Below, piece by piece: positions 49,592 through 59,349 of a stretch of 64,000 nt of DNA. Every line of letters begins with the position of its first letter. Position 1 is the first letter of the stretch. Under the pieces are notes generated by a model. That model saw only the letters and a program-made list of their open reading frames with translations, ran no database searches and was not told the DNA's origin. Origin of the DNA: Candidatus Tanganyikabacteria bacterium (lineage in GTDB: Bacteria; Cyanobacteriota; Sericytochromatia; S15B-MN24; VGJW01); NCBI GenBank assembly GCA_016867265.1, contig VGJW01000008.1, positions 458 to 64,457 on the forward strand. Direction: 5' to 3'. The position numbers and the translations under genes are program-made.

Positions 49592-51844
49592 CTACTCGGG
49601 AATCACCACCCGGCACGTCCGGACCTCGCCTTGGGCCGTCCGCCAGATGGCACGCACGCCCGAGGCATCTTGGGCCAAGCGGGTTGCATTGCCTTCGTCC
49701 GCCAATGGCTGGACCTGCGACACGACCAGCGTGAGACTGCCGGCATCGACCCGCTTGGCCCGGACCCACACGACAACGGGACGATACCCTTTGCCATCCG
49801 GGCGTCGGATGGTCGCACCGACCAGCAGGGCCTCCCCGAAGGGCACGATGGAGGGTGTGTGCTGGATGGGATCGACCAAGGCATCACCGACGCCGATGAG
49901 CGGAATCGGTCCGGGCAAATCACCGAAGCGCATGGACTCCGAGGCCTGTGGCGCATCTGGCTCGAGGTCGGCCGGCAGGCCTCCCGGATGCGCGAAGCCA
50001 CGGACATGGAGCTGGTATTCGCCGGAACCGGGCGCCACGGAAACCAGCCAGGCACCGCCGTCCGGCCTGGGCGCCATCGCCGGCAGCCGAGGCCCCGAGG
50101 TCACGCCGAGCACGTTGGTAGCCACCACGCTACCCGCGGCATCGACGAGGGCACGCACGATCATGCGCTGGCCGCTACCGGCCGAGGCAGCGGTGCCATA
50201 GGCCCACAGCAGATAGCCCGCCCCCCAGGGCACAGCCGCGATACGCTCGCTCGAAGGGGCATCGAAGTTCATGCCCGAGCCGTCCGAGAAGCCGAAGCCG
50301 CCGCTGCCAAGAAAGGCCAAGCGTCCCCCGGCCGTCTCGAAGGCATGGGTACGCAGGCGCCACGAGAGCCCCGCGCGTGCAAGGCAGACAAGCAGGACCC
50401 GCGTGCCCCTCACCATCACGGTACCCAGGCGCAGATCCTCTCCCTCGCGCGAGATTCTTACGGTCCGATCCTCGACACCCGTTGGTTGACGGCCATCCGG
50501 ATCAAGCAGGCCGATGGTCACGGAACCGGTTGCCACGGACTCGGGCGTCCTTGTTGCGAGGACCACATAGGGACCGACACGCGCGAGGGCCATGGCCTGT
50601 TCGCCCGGGGACGTGTCGATGACATAGGCGACGGTCTGACCCTGACGTCCATCTGCGGCTATCGGCTGCAAGGCAATCGTCTGAGCGCCGCTGAAGGCCA
50701 GCGGCTCCCAAGCCGCAAGCCAACCCTCGGCGGTATCGACGAGCATGACACCCCGATCCGCTTGGCTGCTTCCGGTAGCCATCGACCACAAGGGGGGAGC
50801 CGCGAAGCCGACCCGCAGGTCGCCCGTCGCCACGAGACGACCCGAAGTCACGGTCAGGAGACCATCACCCGAGGTCACAGGCCGCCAGACACCATCCGGG
50901 GAGGCACCCTCGCCAGTCAACTCCACCCGTGCCGCCTCCGATGGCAGCCATTCTGGGGAGCCGCTCCCGACCACACCCGTGGGGGCGAATGGAAACTCCC
51001 CGCCCGACCACCCGTAGAGGCGCCCGTCGATGGGCCAAGGCCGCATGTCACCCGTCGCCACGAAGCCTACGGAGGACAAGGGCCGAAAAGACAATGCCTG
51101 CAGATTCGGCACGCCGTCGACCCGGACCGTCACCGTGCCCTCGGTCGTACCCTCGGGCACCGTCACCTCGAGGGCATCCGTGGCAGCCTTGGCGACCTGC
51201 TCTGCGGCACCCGTGAAGGACACGCTCACGGAACGACTGGCCGTGACGGGAAACGAGCCCTCGAGGACGAGCTTGGCTCCCGGCCCCGCAACAGCCGGGC
51301 GCAAGCGCGTCAGGACAGGCCGGAAGAGCGGCTCGAGCAACAAGCTGACGGGTGTCCTTACATGCGGTGCGGTCGTGATCCCTTCAGTTCGCCCCCTGGC
51401 CACCACCACGCCATCCCCGTCGCGCGCCTCGGCTTCGAGGACCAGATTGGTTCCCGTCCGGGCCGACATGGTGGCCTCGGCAACGGCCACGCCCGGCTGG
51501 CGAAGCAGCAAGGCCCGGCCACGCTCGACACCGGCCGAGGTCGAAAGCACCAGATCGAGTCGATCCGTGCTGCGCGGCAACAGTTGCACCGCACGGCCGG
51601 ACTCGGGCCAGCGGACGCGAACCAGCAGTTCGCCTTCGGAGGCGGACAGCCAGGCAGCTTCGGGCTGCGCGGCCTCATCCGGGACGACGCCCCCTGCTAC
51701 GGCAGCCTTGGTGTCCACGGATCCCGGTTGGGCAACGGCGGACGCGGCCCGGCTGGCCTGGCTGGCCAGAGGCGCAGTGGGCAGGGCTTGGCAGGCCGCC
51801 AGAAGCAGCACGGGCAGGAAGGCGCGCGAAGTACGGAGCATCAC
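49592..51844 (-). CDS. Lipoprotein with IPT/TIG domain and beta-rich (propeller-like) C-terminus
   Basis: LAAC lipobox; GELLVRVRWPESGRAVQLLP N-domain homologous to the 10755 protein; IPT motif. Confidence 0.75.
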   Translation of the reverse strand: MMLRTSRAFLPVLLLAACQALPTAPLASQASRAASAVAQPGSVDTKAAVAGGVVPDEAAQPEAAWLSASEGELLVRVRWPESGRAVQLLPRSTDRLDLVLSTSAGVERGRALLLRQPGVAVAEATMSARTGTNLVLEAEARDGDGVVVARGRTEGITTAPHVRTPVSLLLEPLFRPVLTRLRPAVAGPGAKLVLEGSFPVTASRSVSVSFTGAAEQVAKAATDALEVTVPEGTTEGTVTVRVDGVPNLQALSFRPLSSVGFVATGDMRPWPIDGRLYGWSGGEFPFAPTGVVGSGSPEWLPSEAARVELTGEGASPDGVWRPVTSGDGLLTVTSGRLVATGDLRVGFAAPPLWSMATGSSQADRGVMLVDTAEGWLAAWEPLAFSGAQTIALQPIAADGRQGQTVAYVIDTSPGEQAMALARVGPYVVLATRTPESVATGSVTIGLLDPDGRQPTGVEDRTVRISREGEDLRLGTVMVRGTRVLLVCLARAGLSWRLRTHAFETAGGRLAFLGSGGFGFSDGSGMNFDAPSSERIAAVPWGAGYLLWAYGTAASAGSGQRMIVRALVDAAGSVVATNVLGVTSGPRLPAMAPRPDGGAWLVSVAPGSGEYQLHVRGFAHPGGLPADLEPDAPQASESMRFGDLPGPIPLIGVGDALVDPIQHTPSIVPFGEALLVGATIRRPDGKGYRPVVVWVRAKRVDAGSLTLVVSQVQPLADEGNATRLAQDASGVRAIWRTAQGEVRTCRVVIPE

Positions 51845-53445
51845 TGGATCTCCACCACCAATTCACCTTGGCTGCGCACCTCGACCGTCAGGTCGACGGC
51901 ACGATCCGGGTCGGCAAGCGGACGCGCCCGGACCCGTGCCGTCGTGTCGTAAGTGCCGACCATCGCCTCGACACGCCCCGTCCCGTCCACACGGACCGGG
52001 CCGGCCAGCACTTCCCAGGACCATGGGCCGTCGTACGAAGAACCATCCGCGTGACGGGCCACGGGCTTGAGGCGCGTCGCGACGGACAGGCCGGGCAGAG
52101 GCGTGGCCTCGGCGACAGGCAAGGGCGCGAGCACGGGCGACAGACCCGGCAGGCGCTCGACCGTGGCGATGGACGGCACCACCTCGATCGCTGCCACGGC
52201 ATCCAGTTCGCCCCGGCGCGCCCGGAAACGCACGGTGCCTGCAGCGAGTCCCTGAACCAAGCCCCCCGTGAGGGAGGCGGACCCCGAGTCAGGTAGGACT
52301 TGGATGCCCGACGGACCGGCTTGGATGGTCGCAAACGTGCCACCGCGCGAGGAGCCCTGGAACAGGATGCTGCGGGTGGCCCCCACCGCGAGAGGCCACG
52401 GCCCCACGTGGGACCAAGTCGCCGTCGACGAGACAGGACGAGCCAATTCAAGGCGCAGTCCGTCGATGATGTCGAGTCTGCGCGCCGGTCCCGTCAGGCT
52501 GCCGATCCGAGCGGCGACCTCGCCGGACCCCGCACCAAGCGGCACGACAAAAGCCATGGATTCATCTGCCAACTCGAGGCCGGGAGCAACCACGCCGTTG
52601 ATCAGGACCTCGGCACGCGCGCCACGAGACGCCCCGAAGGAAAGGCCCGTTGCCTGGACCCGCTCCCCGATGACGGCCGGGTTGGGGGACAAGGTCCGGA
52701 TTTCCGGCACCGGCGTATCCAGGACCATCCCCGTGACGGTGGTGGTCTCGCCGGGCAGCACCGCCAGGCGCTCGGAGACGGCACGGCCCATGTCCGGATG
52801 GATCGCGACGAGCCGGTACAAACCCTCGGGTACGTTGCCGATACTGAACGAGCCATCCTCCGCGGCAGCAGCCAGGAAAGTCGTGCCCGGCAAGAATACC
52901 GTCGTGCCGAGAAAGTCCCTGACTACGGGCGAAATGCTGCGTATCCGTCCCGACAAGGTACCGGTGGGCCCCAGCTTCAGGGAGATGCCGGACATGACGG
53001 GCTGCGCCAGCAGAATCGCCTTGGTCACCGCGTTCCGTTCGGCCAGCAGGGTGTAACGGGCGCCTTTCTGGATCACGGGCAGGCGGAAACGGCCGAGGTC
53101 GTCCGTGAGGACCTCGCCCACGGCCGTGACGCCACCCGTACTCGCCTCGGACAGGCGGCGACCTGCACCGCCCGGCGATACCAGAGCCGCCGAGTCGTTG
53201 GACACGAGGGCCGCAGCATCGTTGGACACGAGGTAGCACTTCACGGCCACACCCGCGGCAACCCGCCCCGCTTGGTCGACCACCACGCCGCTGAAGTCCG
53301 TGGCTGCCGCCTGCAGGGTGTCCGCGGGCAGGGTCGATGCACCGGTCGCAGGGCGCTTGGCCGTGACGGTGTTCGGCCGGCAAGCGACCAGACTGGCGAC
53401 CAGCAGCAACGCTGCTGGCCCCCAAGCGAAGGCCCGGCGCGACAT
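51841..53445 (-). CDS. Lipoprotein with carboxypeptidase-regulatory-like, IPT/TIG and Ig-like domains
   Basis: LVAC lipobox; LVSNDAAA repeats; DGSFSIGNVPEGLY; IPT motif; ends QGELVVEIQ. Confidence 0.8.
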   Translation of the reverse strand: MSRRAFAWGPAALLLVASLVACRPNTVTAKRPATGASTLPADTLQAAATDFSGVVVDQAGRVAAGVAVKCYLVSNDAAALVSNDSAALVSPGGAGRRLSEASTGGVTAVGEVLTDDLGRFRLPVIQKGARYTLLAERNAVTKAILLAQPVMSGISLKLGPTGTLSGRIRSISPVVRDFLGTTVFLPGTTFLAAAAEDGSFSIGNVPEGLYRLVAIHPDMGRAVSERLAVLPGETTTVTGMVLDTPVPEIRTLSPNPAVIGERVQATGLSFGASRGARAEVLINGVVAPGLELADESMAFVVPLGAGSGEVAARIGSLTGPARRLDIIDGLRLELARPVSSTATWSHVGPWPLAVGATRSILFQGSSRGGTFATIQAGPSGIQVLPDSGSASLTGGLVQGLAAGTVRFRARRGELDAVAAIEVVPSIATVERLPGLSPVLAPLPVAEATPLPGLSVATRLKPVARHADGSSYDGPWSWEVLAGPVRVDGTGRVEAMVGTYDTTARVRARPLADPDRAVDLTVEVRSQGELVVEIQ

Positions 53446-53482
53446 GTCCTTTACTTACCCACCTGGACGACCCGGAAGCGGA

Positions 53483-55498
53483 TCAGCCCCGATCGCGCGG
53501 CGGACGCCCGAAGCCCTGCCCGGGCTTGTTGCCGTAGGACTTTCGGGCAGGCGGACGATCCGGACCGGACCAACCTTGGCCGCCATCGCGATTACCGTCC
53601 CGGGGACGACGCGACGGAGGCGCGCTGCCGTCCTCCCGATAGGCAGGACGCGGTGGGCGACTGCCACCTTCTTCACGATAGGCAGGACGGGGAGGACGAC
53701 CACCACCCTCTTCACGGTAGGCCTTGCGAGGCGGTCGCGCGCCGCCTTCCTCGTCGCGATAGTCCTGGCGCGGAGCCCGACCGGGGCGCGGGCCATCACC
53801 CAGGACAGCCTGGACCTGGGCCGCGACCTCTTGCTTGATGTCGATCGTGCTGTGGTCCTGATAGAGGCGAATCGAACCGATCTCGGCGCTCGTGATGCCG
53901 GACCGCTGGCAGATGTACCGCACCAGCCAGCCCGGACGGACGGCCTGGGCCTTGCCACGCGGCACGCTGACGCGAACCATGCCGGCCTCGGGGGGACCGT
54001 CCTCGTCCTTGGTCCGGAACGGACGACGCGCCTTCGGAGACGACGGGCCCTCGTCCGACTCACGGAAAGACCGGGTGGCCCTGGGCGGACGCGTCTCGGC
54101 CGACACCTGCCGAGTCCGGGCCGGCGGCGGGGCGGGCACGTCATAGCCGGATGCCAGGATGGCCGTGGCCTCCTGCAGGTCCTGCAGCAAGGCCGCGACC
54201 AACTGGACCGGGGCAAGATTGCCCAGCAGGCGATCCGCAAATACCTCGAGGCCACCGAAGTCGGCCGATTCGCAGCGACGGGCCAGATCTTCCATGACCC
54301 GATCCTGCACGCGCTGACGGACGTCCTCGCCAGTCGGAACCGCACGCGTCTCGAAGGTGATGCCGGCCTCACCGGCAAGGCGACGGACCCGTCCGCGATC
54401 CTTGGGCGTGACCAGATTGAGCACGACGCCCTCGCGACCGGCACGGCCTGTGCGACCGCTGCGATGGACATAGGTCTCCCCCGACCCTGGCATGTCGTAG
54501 TTGACGACCAGCGTGACGCCGCGGACATCGATACCCCGGGCGGCGACGTCCGTCGCGACAAGGATCGGCACCTGCCGGGTGCGGAAGGCCTCGAGGGTGC
54601 GGGTCCGGACAGCCTGAGGCAGATCGCCGTTCAGGTAGGCGGCCTTGAATCCATCGGCCACCAAGCGGCGCGTGAGGGTCTCGGTCTCGAGCTTGGTGTG
54701 GCAGAAGACCATGGTCAGTTCGGGGGGCTCGATGTTGAAGAGATTCGCAAGCACCTCGAAGCGGCGATCCGGGAAGGTCTCGATGACACGGTGGGTCAGC
54801 GTCGTGGCGGCTTCCAAGCCGCTCGAGAGCGCGAGATGCTCGGGCTTGCGCAGGTGGCGCCGGGCGATGGCCTCGACGGCATCCGGCATGGTCGCGGAGA
54901 ACAGCAGGGTCTGGCGGGACTCGGGCATCCCCGTCAGAATCTTCTCGAGGTCCTCGGCAAAACCCATGTCGAGCATCTCGTCGGCCTCGTCGAGCACGAC
55001 GGCCACGCAACCCGACAGGTCGAGCGAGCCACGCTCGAGATGGTCGACGAGACGACCGGGGGTGCCCACGACCAACTCGGCACCGCTGCGCAGCGCGCGG
55101 AACTGATCCCCGTAGGGCGTGCCGCCCGTCAGGATGGCGACGCGACGGTCCATGGGCCGGGCTACGCGGACGGCCACGCGACCGACCTGCATCGCCAGCT
55201 CGCGGGTCGGCGTCACAACCAGCATCAGCGGACCGGGCGGCGGCACCTCGGGGTCACGGGCGCCCAGGCGCTCCATGAGCGGCAAAAGGAAAGCCAAGGT
55301 CTTGCCGGTACCGGTGCGGGACTGGACGAGCAGGTCCCGGCCCTCGCGCGCCGGGGCGAAGGCCCGCAGCTGAACTTCGGTGGGATCGACGAGCTGCATG
55401 TGGCCCAGCGCGTCCAGCAAGGGCTGGGAGATGCCGAGCGAGATGAAGCCGGTGGGGACGACAGGTGTGGCCGTGACAGCCGGTGTCTCAAGATTCAT
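53483..55498 (-). CDS. deaD: DEAD-box RNA helicase (DeaD/CsdA-like)
   Basis: Q-motif, TGTGKT, PTRELA, DEAD, SAT, ARGID and HRSGRTGR; DbpA-type RNA-binding domain; Arg-rich tail. Confidence 0.9.
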   Translation of the reverse strand: MNLETPAVTATPVVPTGFISLGISQPLLDALGHMQLVDPTEVQLRAFAPAREGRDLLVQSRTGTGKTLAFLLPLMERLGARDPEVPPPGPLMLVVTPTRELAMQVGRVAVRVARPMDRRVAILTGGTPYGDQFRALRSGAELVVGTPGRLVDHLERGSLDLSGCVAVVLDEADEMLDMGFAEDLEKILTGMPESRQTLLFSATMPDAVEAIARRHLRKPEHLALSSGLEAATTLTHRVIETFPDRRFEVLANLFNIEPPELTMVFCHTKLETETLTRRLVADGFKAAYLNGDLPQAVRTRTLEAFRTRQVPILVATDVAARGIDVRGVTLVVNYDMPGSGETYVHRSGRTGRAGREGVVLNLVTPKDRGRVRRLAGEAGITFETRAVPTGEDVRQRVQDRVMEDLARRCESADFGGLEVFADRLLGNLAPVQLVAALLQDLQEATAILASGYDVPAPPPARTRQVSAETRPPRATRSFRESDEGPSSPKARRPFRTKDEDGPPEAGMVRVSVPRGKAQAVRPGWLVRYICQRSGITSAEIGSIRLYQDHSTIDIKQEVAAQVQAVLGDGPRPGRAPRQDYRDEEGGARPPRKAYREEGGGRPPRPAYREEGGSRPPRPAYREDGSAPPSRRPRDGNRDGGQGWSGPDRPPARKSYGNKPGQGFGRPPRDRG
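53632..53772 (-). repeat. Degenerate ~36-nt tandem repeat in the helicase tail
   Basis: Encodes about four copies of RPPR(K/P)AYRE(E/D)GG. Confidence 0.75.
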
Positions 55499-55623
55499 GT
55501 TGTAAAGGGCACCCCGACAAGTCGGAACAGAAAAAAGGGAATAGGTGGGGGCCTGATAGAGACTCCATCAGCATTATCCGGGAATCAGGGCGATCCGGCC
55601 ACTCCGCCCGAGTTGCCACAGGC

Positions 55624-57822
55624 CTACCAGTCGACCCCGTAGAGAATGGCGCCGCCGTCCTCGGTGCCCACCATCAACTGCTTGCCGTTGCCCGTGGGCG
55701 TGCCGTCGGTGATGAATCGGAGAGCATTGACGACCGTCCCCCCGGGGCGAAAGTCGAGGACGATCCGGCCGTCTGCCATGCTGCCGAGACGCACGACACC
55801 GTCGCTCCCCCCGTAGGCCAGCCACATGCCGTCGGGAGAGAGTGCCGCAGCGCGTATCTCGCCACCCTTCACCTTCGGAATAGAGAATTTCCGCAATTCG
55901 ACGCCCGACGCCACGTCATAGATCCTAATTTTGCCATCCGAGCCGCCTACGGCCACCCGGGAGGCATCCCCCGACAAGGAAATCGACGTGATGGCTCCTG
56001 TCTGAAAGGGCGAGGTGAAGACCTCGGTCCCGTCCAGGGCGTCCACGACGCGGGCCAAGAAGTCATCCGCCCCGCAAGCGTAGCGCCCGCCGCGAGCATC
56101 GGCCGACCGGACCCAGCCAAAGGTGGCGATCGACCGCAGGACGCTCCCTGTCGTCATGTCGTACAGGGCCGCCCGGTTGTCGCTGCCGCTGACCCAGAGG
56201 GTGTCCGACTTGGGCCCCGGCCACGCCGAGTAGAGCTGGGCCTGAACCGAAAGACTGGCAATGGGTGTCACGCTGACGGGCGGGACATTGCCCGAGACCC
56301 GACGCTGGTCGATGACCCCCTCACGCGTGGCCGATGCCACCATGTAGCCCGATGCGTCCGACAAGGCCGTTATCGAGACCCCATAAACGGAACCGCCGGG
56401 TCTCCAGGTCACCATCGGGTTGCCTGAAATCACGTCCCCGACCGTGACGGCGCCGCCGTCGTAACCCAGGACGAACAGTTGGCCGTCCTCGGAGAAGTCG
56501 ACGGCCTTGATGCGGTCCCCCTGCGCATAGAAAGCCTTGGTGAACAGCCGGGGATCCGGACGAGGCGTCGGAACGGGGCTGGGGACCGGCGTCGGCGCCA
56601 CGGTCGGCGTCGGGGCAGGCATGGGCGTCGGTGCGAGAGTCGGCGTGGGACTGGGCACGGGCGAAGGGGTCGGCGTCTCGACGGGCAGGGGCACTTGGGA
56701 TTCGCCCGGAATCGGCGTCGATTCGGCATCGGGAGTCGGCGTCGGAACGGGCGAAGGCAGGACGGTAGGCTGGCTCGTGGGGGTAACAGAGGGCCCCGGG
56801 GTAGGCACGGGTGAAGGAGAGGGCGCCACCGTCGCCTGCGGCGCTCCGGGCGTTGGTGTGGGCTGGACCACGACCGGCCCGGTCGACGGAGTCGAGACGG
56901 GTGCAGGCGTGACGGTGCCCGTGGGTGACGGCGTGGCGGAATGCGTGGCGAGGGGCGCGAGCGTCGCAACCGGGACGGGCGACGCGCCGACACGCCAAGG
57001 CTGTCCCTTGGGTGCCAAGCGCACGAGCGGCAGTTCGCGCGCCACACCCGGAACGACCACGACGTCACGGTCGCCGAACGGCCTGGCCGCACCCAGATCC
57101 GGATGCCAAAGGACGACGTCGTGGGCCCCCGAGGGAAGTTCGGGAACCTCCCACGTCCCGTCCGCAGCGACCCGAGCCACGTACGGGCTGCCTGCGATAA
57201 GGATCTCGACGCCCGGCGGGGGGAAACCTTGTCCCCCGGCCTCGGGCATCAGGACGCGACCGCGCAAGGTCGCGACGGGCCGGACACTCAGGCGTACGTC
57301 CGCCGTGGCGACCTCGGCACCGACCACCAGCGGCCCCCCCCAACCCTTGTCCGTCCGGCTGCGCAGTGCCTCGAGATTGTAACGGCCGGCAGGCAAGCGA
57401 AGCCTGAAGCGCCCATCCGCATCCGTCAGCGCGTCCGCCGACAAGGTACGCCTCCCTGCTCCGGATAGGGCCGCAGCCTGGTTCCCGACCAACGCGGCCG
57501 AATCATTGGCGATGAGACCGGCGGCATAGTTGCCGACGAGTGCGGCCACATCGTTGGCCACGAGCCGGGCCTTGGACTCGGGAGGCAATTCGCCTGCCGG
57601 CCAGGCACGCACTTGCACGGCCACAAGCGGCAGGCCCTCAGGATCGACCACCTGGCCCACAAGCTCGAAACGAGAAAGGGCATCCGGCGTCGCCACCGTG
57701 ACGCCGGACCGGCCCAGATCAGCCACGCTCCCGGAGAAGCCCGTCCGACAGCCGGCAAGCAGGGTCACCGCGGCAAGCAGCCTGAGTACTGCCGCCCCGA
57801 AGGCCTTGGCGCCCGTAGCCAT
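55624..57822 (-). CDS. Lipoprotein: carboxypeptidase-like Ig domains, Pro/Thr linker, WD40 propeller
   Basis: LAGC lipobox after MATGAK; octapeptide repeats; (TP)n linker; WD40 blades (AVGGSDGKIRIYD, LSPDGMWLAYGGSDG). Confidence 0.82.
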   Translation of the reverse strand: MATGAKAFGAAVLRLLAAVTLLAGCRTGFSGSVADLGRSGVTVATPDALSRFELVGQVVDPEGLPLVAVQVRAWPAGELPPESKARLVANDVAALVGNYAAGLIANDSAALVGNQAAALSGAGRRTLSADALTDADGRFRLRLPAGRYNLEALRSRTDKGWGGPLVVGAEVATADVRLSVRPVATLRGRVLMPEAGGQGFPPPGVEILIAGSPYVARVAADGTWEVPELPSGAHDVVLWHPDLGAARPFGDRDVVVVPGVARELPLVRLAPKGQPWRVGASPVPVATLAPLATHSATPSPTGTVTPAPVSTPSTGPVVVQPTPTPGAPQATVAPSPSPVPTPGPSVTPTSQPTVLPSPVPTPTPDAESTPIPGESQVPLPVETPTPSPVPSPTPTLAPTPMPAPTPTVAPTPVPSPVPTPRPDPRLFTKAFYAQGDRIKAVDFSEDGQLFVLGYDGGAVTVGDVISGNPMVTWRPGGSVYGVSITALSDASGYMVASATREGVIDQRRVSGNVPPVSVTPIASLSVQAQLYSAWPGPKSDTLWVSGSDNRAALYDMTTGSVLRSIATFGWVRSADARGGRYACGADDFLARVVDALDGTEVFTSPFQTGAITSISLSGDASRVAVGGSDGKIRIYDVASGVELRKFSIPKVKGGEIRAAALSPDGMWLAYGGSDGVVRLGSMADGRIVLDFRPGGTVVNALRFITDGTPTGNGKQLMVGTEDGGAILYGVDW

Positions 57823-57940
57823 CTTGAATCCTGTCGCCTGTTCACCCGTCGGGGAGCCAAGCAAGCCCTGTGCTCCCCATACGGATAATGACGCAGGTTG
57901 CGGGAGAAGTCGTTCTATTTCACATTCGCTTGATGGGCAC

Positions 57941-58636
57941 TTAGTTCCACGGCCCTTGGCGCAACGCGAGCGAATCTTCCAGCGCGTCGCTTCGGCCGTC
58001 GAAGGAGAAGGCCTCCGTAACGGCTTGGCGCGTCGGTCCGGAACACCCGCCCTTGCTGCATGAGCGCGGGCGATTGCGCACGCGGACAACCCAGGCAAGC
58101 CCGCGATCCGGCAGGTCAGGCCCGGCATGACACCCAACTCGCCTTCCCAGTCGATGAGTCCGTCGGGCTGTCGCAGCAGGGAAACACTGACGGTCGACGT
58201 CCCCGATGGCGGCTGGATGGGGACGAGGACCGTGCCCGAGAACGGCTTGTCGGCCAAGGGCACGGACAACGGGACATTCGCCCGGTCCTCGATGTCCTGG
58301 CCGCTGCCGAGCGTAGTGGAGGCGGTGGCAGGCGTTCCCGAGATGACGACGGGCGGACTCGTCGTGGCAAGGGCCTCGGCCGTAATCTGCACCCGGGCCC
58401 CGGGTAACAGGCCACCCCACCCTCCCGTCGACACGCCCGCGGATGCCGCGGGCAAGCCAGCGCCGGACCATCGCCTGCTGGCGACGTCCGGCACCGACCT
58501 CCACGCGCACCAAGACGGCACCTTGGCCCCGGCCACCCTCGATGCCGTCGGGCGGTACTGCGGAGAGGCAGCCCGTAAGGCAGCCACCCACCGCAAGGAT
58601 CAGACCCGCAAGTCTGCGACCTGATGCCAGGGCCAT
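57941..58636 (-). pseudogene. Lipoprotein paralog of the 58650 gene with two apparent frameshifts
   Basis: LTGC lipobox and RRQQAMVRRW in frame A; the homologous QDIED...VPLADKPFSG segment lies in another frame; FSFDGRSDALEDSL is back in frame A. Confidence 0.6.
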
Positions 58637-58649
58637 GTCGCGCAACCCG

Positions 58650-59216
58650 TCAGAGCGCGCCGCCCGTGACCGGGCCATCCGTCACGAAGGCACCGTCAAG
58701 AGGCGTCAGCGAGAGCCCCGCCTGGCCCGCGAACACGACATCGTCGAGCGGCACGTCCACGGCCAGCACCCGCGTATCCTCGAGGTCGTTGGAGCCCAGG
58801 AAGTCGAAGGGCACCACGATCGGCCGTTGGCTGTTGATGTGTTGCTGAGCGGCCGTGAAGGCCTGCACCGTCAGGCGATAGGCCCGCTGGCCCGTCAGGT
58901 TCCCGAAGACCGCCTGGCTTTGGCCCTGGGCCGGCTGCACCCCGACGCTGGCCTGATTCAGCCAAGTAGGCACACCGCCCGGCCCATCGGGCCCCCGCTG
59001 GTCGAGGATGACCTCGAAACGGGCCACGTCGGACGGTACCCAGCGATGCCTTATGGCTTGCAAGGCGCGTGTGGCATCGGCACCGACCGAGAGATCGACG
59101 ACGACACGCCGCTCAGGGTTGCGTTCGTCCGTACCCGGAGGCACGGGCTGTCCGGGACTGCCCGCGCAGCCCGCCATCAGAAGCCACAAGACCCATCCCC
59201 GCTTGCCCACGGCCAT
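58650..59216 (-). CDS. Small beta-rich lipoprotein
   Basis: MAGC lipobox; GGAGG RBS; TRALQAIRHRW motif. Confidence 0.75.
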   Translation of the reverse strand: MAVGKRGWVLWLLMAGCAGSPGQPVPPGTDERNPERRVVVDLSVGADATRALQAIRHRWVPSDVARFEVILDQRGPDGPGGVPTWLNQASVGVQPAQGQSQAVFGNLTGQRAYRLTVQAFTAAQQHINSQRPIVVPFDFLGSNDLEDTRVLAVDVPLDDVVFAGQAGLSLTPLDGAFVTDGPVTGGAL

Positions 59217-59349
59217 GACGTGACCCTCCATCCGGACGCTCGTCCGATAGGGTTCACACTGCCGCCCGCCCGACCAGCCGACACCGGCAGGATGCACGAC
59301 GAGGCCATGTCCCGCCCGACAATCATCCCGGGGCCCCTCCCCCGGACCA

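Noticed and set aside
53632..53772. CRISPR-like ~36-nt periodic repeat
   Set aside because: Degenerate in-frame coding repeat in the helicase tail; no spacers or cas genes.
49631..55642. Long plus-strand ORFs (49631-51952, 52300-53838, 53300-55642) and similar ones such as 1370-2860 and 23098-24948
   Set aside because: Antisense shadows of well-supported genes, expected in high-GC DNA; no motifs.
55624..58596. Single 990-aa protein from the ORF track
   Set aside because: A lipoprotein signal begins at 57822; the upstream part is the shifted frame of a separate gene plus intergenic sequence.
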